This document shows, piece by piece, positions 55,190 to 64,000 of a DNA stretch of 64,000 nucleotides; position 1 is the first letter of the stretch; each line of letters opens with the position of its first letter. Origin of the DNA: Calditrichia bacterium. Its GTDB lineage: Bacteria > Calditrichota > Calditrichia > JAJRVZ01. Made by a program: the position numbers and the translations under genes. Below the pieces are notes generated by a model. It was not told the origin of the DNA and did not search any database. It saw only the letters and a list, made by a program, of their open reading frames with translations. The DNA lies in contig CAVZSQ010000019.1 of the NCBI GenBank assembly GCA_963777955.1, positions 320,001 to 384,000 on the forward strand, in the 5' to 3' direction.

Positions 55190-55669
55190 TTATTTATTCT
55201 TCCGGAATTTCCAGGGGGGTATAGGATCTTTTTCCTGCCATAAGCCCAATCTTTGTGCCCTGGCCTGCTGTTCCAGTTGAGCGAGGATTGCATCATCCGA
55301 ATATTTCGTATAGTGCCAGGCCAGGCCCTCTGCTACCTGAATATAATTCACGTTGATACTATCAACATAAATATCCGCAATAAGTCTGCCGTATCTGTCA
55401 TTTCCGAATGAGTACAGTTTTACCTGTTTTCCGAATACCAACTTAGAAAGACTTTCCTTACTTCTTTGACTGTAGGGCTGGTCTTTTTCCGGAGCATCAA
55501 TCCCGTTAAGCCGGACAATTTTTGTCTTCTGGTCAGCTGTCAGGATTTCTACGGTATCCCCATCTTTAATGCCGATTACCCGGCAGGAAATTGTTTTATG
55601 AGCAGAAAGGCAGAACAGCAGTACCACACATACTATCGCAAAAAACGCTGCTACTTTTATCAGACGCAT
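55190..55669 (-). CDS. Thermonuclease (SNase-like) family protein
   Basis: DGDT, VRLNGIDAPE, DRYGR, GLW...PPW; N-terminal signal/anchor. Confidence 0.93.
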   Translation of the reverse strand: MRLIKVAAFFAIVCVVLLFCLSAHKTISCRVIGIKDGDTVEILTADQKTKIVRLNGIDAPEKDQPYSQRSKESLSKLVFGKQVKLYSFGNDRYGRLIADIYVDSINVNYIQVAEGLAWHYTKYSDDAILAQLEQQARAQRLGLWQEKDPIPPWKFRKNK

Positions 55670-55701
55670 GAGATTATAATATCCGAATTTTCCTGTGCCA
55701 A

Positions 55702-55733
55702 CTTTGTCCCTTTGTCTCTTTGTCCCTCTGTCC
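55702..55733. repeat. 8-bp tandem repeat array (CTYTGTCY x4)
   Basis: ctttgtcc ctttgtct ctttgtcc ctctgtcc. Confidence 0.8.
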
Positions 55734-55737
55734 CTTA

Positions 55738-58700
55738 TTATTTCAGCAATATAAATTTCCTGGTTTGATTAAATCCATCCCCTGTCTGCAATCTGTACAG
55801 ATACATACCACTGGCCAGACCTTTAGCATTGTAATGAAAAGTATGGTTACCGGCAGCTTTTATTTCATTCACCAAGGTCATGACCTTTTTGCCGGTGATG
55901 TCATATACTTCCAGCAGTACATGGCTTCTTTTAGGCAGCGCATACATTATATTCGTAGACGGATTGAAAGGATTGGGAAAATTCTGGGCCAGTAAATGCG
56001 TTAACGGCAAGATATCTCTGGAGTCGACGGATGCGAAGGTTGCACCGCGGACACCGATGTAATCAAAACTCATCCAGTACCAAAAACCATGCAGAGCAAT
56101 TTCATTGCTACCGGCCTGAAGTTGAACCAATAATCCCTTTTGCAGCCAGATGCTGATATTGGGTGCGGTAAATTCCACCACGCCAACCGTATCGCCGTTA
56201 ATTACCAGATACTGTGACTTGGGTGATTCATAAGTCATTTGATAACAGATAGTGAGCAGATATTCACCACTGCCCGGGACATTGATATTATTAAAAGTAA
56301 TGGTCCAGGCATCGCGCATTTGCCTGTACTTGCCGGCGCTGGCTGCAGCGTTGTTAACGATGCTGGTCTGACCTGTGGTCGCTGCCAGTTCCGCTTCGAA
56401 ACGGGTTATGGAGCCATTGTCTATGTAAATAATCAAAGGATCGGATTGGACGGTCAGGTTGCTGTCATCTGTAACGACTGCCGTAAGCTTATAATCTTTG
56501 ACTTCAGCCGGAGTCCAGTTCATTTCAAAAGGTGCCGCATTATCCGTACCCAGTGAATCGCCATCAACATAAAAAACTGCTTCAACAACTTCCCCATCGC
56601 CATCCGTGGTTGTAGCCGTTATAGTTACTTCTGTTCCAACCACAAGCACATTACCTAAATTTGTATTTACCGTGACATTCGGCGGATTTTTTGCAGAGAG
56701 TTTTCCATAGACGGCAATTTCATATAATGAAAAACCATACTGTGTTCCCCGCTGCAGTCCATGCATGCGTAAAAACCGCGCGCTGGGAAAATTCTCAAAG
56801 ACGATGTTATCCTCTCCCCCGTTGCCGGTTGGTTCGGAATAAACGGACTTCCAGAGATAGCCATCGTACGATACCTCTACATTATATTGTGAACCGTAGG
56901 CAGACTTCCCAGTAGAGAATGACCCGCTCGATGTCAATAATATCCGCAAATTCGACAGCAATCCATTCGTCATCAGGATTGTCATCCAGGTTTGAATCGG
57001 CAGGTGCATCTGTCTTCCAGGCGCTGCTCCAGCGGGTTTCCATGTCTCCATCCACGGCAAAACCCGCTACCAATTCATCGCCGCAGCAGGCTTCAAAGGT
57101 TGAGACAGTGACCGGCCGGTTCAAAGCGCGGTTGATCTGGCTCGGATCAAGAACAGTGATAGCCAGTATGGCGGTATCCTGTTCCGCTGCATTCTCACGA
57201 TTTACGGCGATCAGCGTGTAAGAGGTATCCTGCAATGGAGTTATGGCCTGTGTCCCGGTTGAATCGACCGGCACTCCATCCAGAGTAATTGTGGAAGCGC
57301 CAAAGACCAGCCAGGATAAGGTTGTGCTCTGTCCCTGTTCCACCACTGTGCGTGCCGATCGGAAATAGGCAATTTTAAAGCCGGGATTTACGTAAACTTT
57401 GAAAGGTGCTGCCGGCAGGCCTTCGGCATTATAAAGATTGGCATGAAGCGGATTATATTCCCAGGCATAGCGCACTATAGATGGTTCCGGCACCGCATCA
57501 TTCCAGACAATTACCGAATCGTTCTCGATGACGAGCTTCAGCCCAGTGTAATTGTTCATCTTCACCGGCAACGACAAAGGAACCTACCTTGCCGGCCAGT
57601 GAATCAGCAGCGACTAATCCGCTGCCCAGGTGGTCATAATTGATCACAATCCGACCGTCCGGCCGCATTCTATTCGATTTGTAACGCGGCCCGGAATAAA
57701 CGATATCTTCGCCATAGGCCACCTTGCGGCCGACCAGGGAGAGCCGGTATCCGACCGGTTGTTTGTAGGTGGGATGAATATCTTCACCGCCGACATCAAT
57801 GGTGATCGCTTCTCCCGTATTGGGCAGTGTTAAGGCTTCACTCTGGGCCGCACGCAGGACCGGCCAGGCGTCCCAGGTTTGCGGTTGATCAGACGGGGTA
57901 CCATAATTGGGCAATTGCACCCACAGGAAAGGTATATCGCCGAGTCCCCACAGCCCGCGCCAGCTATTGATGAAGTTTTTGAAATTATAACTGTACGCCA
58001 GTGCATCCTCCATATTGTCGGCATTGGATTCACCCTGATACCACAGCACCCCTTTTATAGCATAATTGTGCAGCGGATGGATCATCTTGTTATATAATAG
58101 TGTCGGTTGTCTTTCCGTTTCACCGCTGGCCATGGTGGTATCCTCTTCGTCATAGCCAAGCATGTCTTCACTCATCCAGGCTTCGATCCTGCTGCCGCCG
58201 TAGGATATGTTTAATATGCCAATGGGAATGTTGACATGCTGACGAAGATTTTTGGCGAAAAAGTAGGCTACCGCACTGAAATTGCTCACATAGGATGAAG
58301 TAGCCGGCGACCAGCTGCCCCCGGCCAGTTCTTGCTGCGGTTCTGTTGCCGAAGATTTGGGCACTTTAAATTCCCGGATCAGTTGATCATTGGCGGCGGC
58401 AATAACCTGCGCAGCGCTATCCGTTTGACTCACCGCGAATTCCATATTGGATTGTCCTGAGGCTAACCAGACATCGCCGACATATACAGCGGTGCGGTTT
58501 ATAGTCTGACCGGCGGAGGTTGCGCTCATAGTATACGGACCGCCGGCAGAGGTCGGCGGTAATTCAATCTGCCAGCGCCCGGAGTCATCGGTGACCGTGG
58601 TGTAGGTGGCCGACTGAAAGGTGACTTTTACCGTATCCCCGGCAGTACCCCAGCCCCACAACGGAACATTAGTATCCCGTTGTAAGACCATGCCGTTACC

Positions 58701-58892
58701 GAACGGTTGGGCCATCCGGAATTGGGCTTTAGTATCGGAAGTAAAACAAACTATTATTATCATGGCCATGAGCAAAATCCGAAAAAACTTAAATACCGAA
58801 CGCCGGTATGCTTTCAGATTATTCTGGAATTCTAAACGATGGAGTCTTGATATCTTTGGATCTGAAGCAGGTTGAGAACTTGGCAGAAACAT
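55738..58892 (-). CDS. Secreted modular sialate O-acetylesterase-like protein (SGNH + F5/8 type C + Ig-like + CBM-like + secretion tail); two +1 frameshifts (~57533, ~56904)
   Basis: GQSNM, GGSRIEAW, WYQGESN, DIHP; AVDGD..TRWSS; QNFPNPFNP tail. Three ORFs in the track join end to end. Confidence 0.82.
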
Positions 58893-59450
58893 GGAGAGTT
58901 CCTTTCATACTTAAAAATATTTATACATTCTAATCACTGCACTTCGATAAAAACTACAATCTGATTCATATCTGACTTGTATTTAAATATTTTTGATGCA
59001 AAAGTATAAAGATAAATATATTTATAAACAAGATAGTTCTGGTACGTTTATTAGCTGGAAGTAATAATCTGAACAACTATGAAATAGTACAGGAGATGTT
59101 AAAAAATGGAAGTAATTGCAGTTTTGAAATTCCTTGTCTAAAAATCAGGAATTATAAATGTCGCTAATAAGTTACACCAGATAAAACAACAAAAGAAATA
59201 AGATAGATATAAATATGAAATTTTTTACGACATGGATTGAGGTATTTCTTTTTATGAGGATTGGTGAAAACACTTACCGGTTTATGCTACTGGCAAACAG
59301 GATTAAAAACAGTATAAAAATTAATAATTACCTGATTATTTAATTAAGGCGATTTAATTATTAATGTGTTAACCCATTTATCAAGTGTTTTATCAGAAAC
59401 TGATTTTGTAGTAAGTGAAACCAATGAATCAAACAGTAAGGAGAACTGTT

Positions 59451-60280
59451 ATGAAGAATAAAATAGTTACCTCAGTAGCAGCGGCTTTAGTTCTTAGCAT
59501 TATTTCAGTCTGCAGTATTTGCAGATGGCGGCAGCAAAGATGTAAAGCTCCACATTAATCCCAAATGGGAAGAATGTTCATTTCAACTCGATCCAGCACT
59601 GACTCAGAAGGCCTGGCATCAGTTTACACGGGAAGGCGGCCTGGTTGTTTATTTACGTTCACTTAACGATGCGCGTCCGCTGGGCAGCGGTAATTATGAA
59701 TTTTCAATCCTGCAGTGGGCTACAAAATTTGATGACACCGACGCTGCCTGGAACGATACTTTTGTTCATCCCGATTCCACCCACTGGCTCAAGGATGGGG
59801 ACAGACTGGCATTTCCCGGGGCAATGTTCAGGGCTGGTATCACGGACAGAATTGACGTCGGCGCCTATCTGACCAAGAGTTTCGGGGCAAACTATGGATT
59901 CTGGGGCGGACAGGTTCAATATAATTTTGCCAGCGGTTTCAAAAAGGATTGGGCGGCTTCCGCCCGTTTAAATTTTGTATCCATGTACGGCCCGGAAGAC
60001 TTTTCCTTTACGGTCTATGGCCTGGATTTGATGGCGAGTAAAGCCTACCCGGTATACTCTGACTGGGTTTCCGTTTCGCCTTACGCAGGTGTTTCAACTT
60101 ATTTATCGAACACCCACGAAACAACAACTAAAGTCGATCTTAAAGATGAGCATGTACTGGGTGTTCAGGGTATCGGTCGGCGCTGTTGCCCAAATTTCTT
60201 TCGCCAGGCTGGCTGCAGAATACAATTTTGCGGTGGTTAATTCGATCTCCTTCAAGATCGGGATTAGGATTCTAGTTTAA
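59451..60280 (+). CDS. Exported, probable outer-membrane beta-barrel protein; two +1 frameshifts (~59509, ~60174)
   Basis: AGGAG RBS and signal peptide MKNKIVTSVAAALVL; continuous frame through HPDSTHW...RIDVGAY...GGQVQY; amphipathic strands. Confidence 0.65.
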
Positions 60281-60308
60281 AGGGGAGTATCCGGTTTTAT
60301 ACAAACAT

Positions 60309-60547
60309 TTGATGCCTGGCATCAACCCGCAACTCAAGAGTTGCGGCTACCACTTATGCCCTGAATTATCTAACGCATCCTGCCTAACGGTGGCTGCCAT
60401 CTTACCGGTGTTAAGGATGCGGCTACCGGTTTTTCTTTGTGCCTGTGTCTCGATTCCCGCCTACATACGATCAAGCGTGCCATACGCTTAGCGGGAATGA
60501 CATTCTGGACAAATTTTCTCAGGGACTCAGGGACTTTGGTACTCGGT
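60309..60547. repeat. Cluster of REP-like palindromes and octamer repeats
   Basis: CCGCAACTC-AA-GAGTTGCGG-CTAC, a second CTAC-ended hairpin, GATTCCCGC...GCGGGAATGAC, and CTCAGGGA repeats. Confidence 0.6.
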
Positions 60548-60557
60548 CCTGTGTTTA

Positions 60558-60603
60558 GTGCCGAAGGAGGGACTTGAACTATCACCCTCTTGCCTTGCGG
60601 CCG
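60558..60603 (-). pseudogene. Degenerate 3' portion of a tRNA (Leu-like); possible att scar
   Basis: Minus strand GGCCGCAAGGC..GAGGG(tgatag)TTCAAGTCCCTC-CTTCGGCAC; no matching 5' half. Confidence 0.6.
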
Positions 60604-60794
60604 CGAACGTCGATACAGTGACTATTGCCTATTTATATTCTTTATTGTAAATCTGTTTGATTTTCAAGCCGTGATTGGTAAATTTATTAGCAGGCGAAAG
60701 GAGCAGAAGAGATCAGTAGCAACCGATGCTTATCTTTTCTCCACTGCTTGCGAGTATTTAACTGCAAAAACCAAACCTGCCCATTTCTCCAAAG

Positions 60795-62762
60795 ATGAAA
60801 AAGACCGCATTAATTGTGATAATTATTTTTTTCGGCTTGCTGGCAGCAGCGCTAATTTTCCGGCAATCGTTGACGGAAATTATTATTAACCGTGGTCTGC
60901 AGCGCTTCAATGAACACTACCAGGCGAAATTTACAGTCGGTTCCTTCGCTTTCGATGGACTTTCAGGATTAAGTTTCAGAAATATTACCCTGAAACCATT
61001 ACGAGGTGATTCACTGATGAGAATCGGATACTTCCATGCCAATATCAATATAAGAAAGTTGCTTAGTTTCAAACTTGCCCTCGGAAACCTGGAAATGAAG
61101 GATGTCTGGTTCCATTTTGTGCGGTGCGATAGCTTGACCAATTATATGTTTCTGTTCGACAACGGCATAAAGACAGCTGCTAAATTAGTTCAACCTGAAC
61201 AGCCGGTAGATTACGCCGATCGTGTTGATCGCATACTCAATGCCATATTCGATAAAATTCCTTCGTCTATTACCATTAACAACCTGCGTATAGCTGCAAA
61301 TATGAATTCCAACGAATTTGGGTTTTACCTGGAGCAGCTGGCAGTTTCCGGTCACGAATTTGAAACTCTGATTGTTGAAACCGATAATGGTAAAATAACG
61401 CCGTGGGTGTTGCGAGGTGACCTTGATCCAGGAAATCGCTCAGCCCGGTTTAAATTGTTTGCTCGCAATCACCAGGCAATTGTATTCCCTTACATCGACC
61501 AGCGCTGGAATACGCATATCTCTTCCGACACGCTGCATTTCAGCCTGGCGAGAACCGGCATCACAGATAATGTTCTTACATTAAGCGGCCTGGCATCGGC
61601 GAGCAACCTGGTAATCAACCAGCCACGCCTCAGCAGCAGCGACGTATTTTTTGAACGTGTCCTTGCAGACTATCGCATCAATATTGCCCCGAATTATTTC
61701 GAACTTGACAGTACCAGCAGCTTCCTCTTCAACAAAATAGAGTTAAATCCTTATCTATGTTTCAGAGCAGAGCCAAGTGAGCAAATCACCATCATTCTCA
61801 ACAAACCGGATTTCAATGCGAATGATTTTTTCGAATCGCTGCCAAAAGGCTTGTTTTATAATCTTGAAGGGATCAAAGCCAGCGGTGACCTGGGTTTCCA
61901 TTTCAATTTTTTGGTGGATTTGGCCAGACCCGATGACCTGGTTTTCTCCTGCGATCTGGAGAAACAGCATTTCAGGATCATGAGTTATGGTAACACCGAT
62001 TTTAGTAAAATGAATGCACCGTTCATATACACTGCCTATGAAGGAGGTGTCGCGGTGCGCACTTTTGAAATTGGACCAGCCAATCCCAATTTTCGGAAGC
62101 TGGATGCCATCCCTGCTTATTTAAGGAATGCCATCATGACTTCCGAAGACGGGCAATTCTTTAATCACCATGGATTCCTGCTGGATGCTTTTCGCCAGGC
62201 TATTATCACCAATATAAAGGAACGCCGGTTTGCCCGTGGCGGCAGCACCATAAGCATGCAACTGATTAAAAACGTTTTTCTGAACCGGAACAAAACCATC
62301 ACACGCAAACTGGAAGAAGCGCTCATTGTATGGCTGATAGAGAATAACGAGTTGAGCAGCAAGAACAGGATGTATGAAGTTTACCTGAATATTATAGAGA
62401 TGGGACCCATGATTTATGGGGTAAACGAAGGTGCGCAATTTTATTTCGGAAAAGATGTATCGCAACTTTCGCTGGCCGAGGCCATTTATATGGCCAGCAT
62501 AGTACCGCATCCGAAATGGTTCAGGTATTCTTTTGACCGGGATGGCTACCTGCGCGACTTCCTGGCTTCGTATTATAAACTTGTATCGGAAAAAATGTTT
62601 CACAAAGGGCTCATCACACAAAAAGACTATGATGCGTTGTTGCCCCAGGTTGTATTGAAAGGGTCTGCCAAATGGGCTATACTCCCGCCTGATTCCATTC
62701 CTCCCGTTTCAGTCAAGTCAGATTATTCTACCGAAATGCAGGCGTCTGCGGAGGCGCAATAG
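60795..62762 (+). CDS. Peptidoglycan transglycosylase (GT51) domain protein with long N-terminal region
   Basis: SEDGQFFNHHG, GGSTISMQLIKN, RKLEE, YLNIIE. Confidence 0.9.
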   Translation: MKKTALIVIIIFFGLLAAALIFRQSLTEIIINRGLQRFNEHYQAKFTVGSFAFDGLSGLSFRNITLKPLRGDSLMRIGYFHANINIRKLLSFKLALGNLEMKDVWFHFVRCDSLTNYMFLFDNGIKTAAKLVQPEQPVDYADRVDRILNAIFDKIPSSITINNLRIAANMNSNEFGFYLEQLAVSGHEFETLIVETDNGKITPWVLRGDLDPGNRSARFKLFARNHQAIVFPYIDQRWNTHISSDTLHFSLARTGITDNVLTLSGLASASNLVINQPRLSSSDVFFERVLADYRINIAPNYFELDSTSSFLFNKIELNPYLCFRAEPSEQITIILNKPDFNANDFFESLPKGLFYNLEGIKASGDLGFHFNFLVDLARPDDLVFSCDLEKQHFRIMSYGNTDFSKMNAPFIYTAYEGGVAVRTFEIGPANPNFRKLDAIPAYLRNAIMTSEDGQFFNHHGFLLDAFRQAIITNIKERRFARGGSTISMQLIKNVFLNRNKTITRKLEEALIVWLIENNELSSKNRMYEVYLNIIEMGPMIYGVNEGAQFYFGKDVSQLSLAEAIYMASIVPHPKWFRYSFDRDGYLRDFLASYYKLVSEKMFHKGLITQKDYDALLPQVVLKGSAKWAILPPDSIPPVSVKSDYSTEMQASAEAQ

Positions 62763-62875
62763 CGAGCCGCAAGAAGTAATTTTGTTGTTGCAGCAGTTAT
62801 AAGTCGCTACTCGATCCAAAGATAGCGGTTACTACTGCCCTATCACCTAAGTATTTTCCTTTGTCTCTTTGTCCC

Positions 62876-63766
62876 TTACTTTGTGCCTATGTGCCTTGCT
62901 TGCGCCTTTGTCCCTTTCCCAAGTCTTGGAATACAAAGGGCAGCAGCACCCACTACTCCAACCTCTTCCAGTTCGGAAACCTCAATCTTTAAATCCAGCA
63001 CTGCCCGCTGATAAGCGAATTTCTGTAATGCTTGCCACATTGAGTTTTTAAAGAATCGAAACGAACGACTTACCGCACCGCCCAGGATAATCATTTCCGG
63101 ATCAACGGTATACATCACGAACATAATTGCCTCACCAAGATGACTACCGTACTCAGCAAAAGCGTGCAACGCTTTTGTTTCCCCCTGGCTGGCCCGAATG
63201 GCCATCTCTTCGCCGGAAACACCATGAAAAGTACTGAAGAATGTTCCGCTGCAATAATCTTCCAGGGTGCGATCACGGAAAGGAATGCAGCCAAATTCTC
63301 CCGCACCACAGTGGCGACCGCTGTAAAGTTGATCATTGATAATTAATCCTGCACCAACCCCGGTTCCCAGCACCATACCCACGACATGGTGATATTCCCG
63401 GGCTTTACCAAACATTCGCTCACCCAGCACAAAACAATTTGCATCATTGTTAACAAAAACCGGTACTTGATAGCGGTTTTCCAGAAGACTTTTTAACGGG
63501 ACCTCTTTCCAGGAGGGGATGTTAAGCGTGTCGTAAACAATTCCCTTTTCCACATCGACTACCGTCGGCACTCCGATCCCGATTGCCTCAAATGGCAGAC
63601 TACGTACTTCATCGATTATCCGGTACAGCGTCTGCAGTACCTCTGCTGCTGTTCCGTGGGCATTATATTTCTGTGAAAGTAGGCGCAGGATTTTGCCATT
63701 CTGTATCACACCCAGCCGGGCATTGGTCCCGCCCAGATCAATACCTACCCAATATTTTCCCTGCAT
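62876..63766 (-). CDS. ROK family sugar kinase (glucokinase-like)
   Basis: GIDLGGTN, NNDANC, LGTGVG, GAGEFG; GAGG RBS before ATG 63766. Confidence 0.92.
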   Translation of the reverse strand: MQGKYWVGIDLGGTNARLGVIQNGKILRLLSQKYNAHGTAAEVLQTLYRIIDEVRSLPFEAIGIGVPTVVDVEKGIVYDTLNIPSWKEVPLKSLLENRYQVPVFVNNDANCFVLGERMFGKAREYHHVVGMVLGTGVGAGLIINDQLYSGRHCGAGEFGCIPFRDRTLEDYCSGTFFSTFHGVSGEEMAIRASQGETKALHAFAEYGSHLGEAIMFVMYTVDPEMIILGGAVSRSFRFFKNSMWQALQKFAYQRAVLDLKIEVSELEEVGVVGAAALCIPRLGKGTKAQARHIGTK

Positions 63767-63851
63767 AGTTCTATCCTCTTCAATTCTGACTCCGATCCAA
63801 TTGCGGCATTTATAAGTGTGATTGTAAAATTTTAATCGGAACAGTATTAAT

Positions 63852-64000
63852 TTATAAATCTCTATTACTATTTTGTCTCTTTGACCAAATCGTTTCATTG
63901 ACAACCAGTGGCCTGGCCCAGAATCCCACAGCAAAAATCCAGCCCAGGGTCAGATACAGGAACAGCATACCTGATCTCAAACCAAAAAAATCCCCGATTT
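63852..64000 (-). CDS. C-terminus of a probable MFS sugar transporter (partial)
   Basis: Hand translation IGDFFGLRSGMLFLYLTLGWIFAVGFWARPLVVNETI...stop; lies upstream of the ROK kinase. Confidence 0.65.
   Translation of the reverse strand, partial: IGDFFGLRSGMLFLYLTLGWIFAVGFWARPLVVNETIWSKRQNSNRDL

Noticed and set aside
58893..59450. AT-rich 560-bp gap as ncRNA or replication origin
   Set aside because: No convincing structure, DnaA-box cluster or ORF seen; most simply a divergent promoter region.

Overview
Chromosomal window from a Gram-negative bacterium. It carries lpxB, secretion-tail proteins of the Por/T9SS-CTD type and a CIRCE site; Calditrichota or a similar FCB-adjacent lineage is an inference. 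The left two-thirds is mostly housekeeping: groESL, folB/folK, metK, PTS IIC/IID-HPr, mrp, recN, ribDEBAH, lpxB, an ECF sigma/anti-sigma pair, tRNA-Leu, rng, rplU-rpmA. The strongest discovery is a hidden selenoprotein. A DUF1573-like lipoprotein (41029-41460, minus) has an in-frame TGA at the first Cys of the family CGC motif, followed by a bacterial-type SECIS hairpin. It lies 25 nt upstream of a corrinoid reductive activase (RACo/ASKHA) gene, and a NifS/selenocysteine-lyase-SelD fusion lies about 12 kb away. Other notable items: a tight nuclease / Cys-substituted receiver / metacaspase / M50B / YgjP cluster; back-to-back ECF promoters; an M24 peptidase lacking metal ligands; a RAYT remnant between REP-like palindromes; octamer repeat arrays; and a tRNA-Leu 3' remnant. 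Nine +1 frameshifts split six genes and look like sequencing errors, four of them at AG(T)CT sites. All family calls come from motif recognition by eye; no searches were run.
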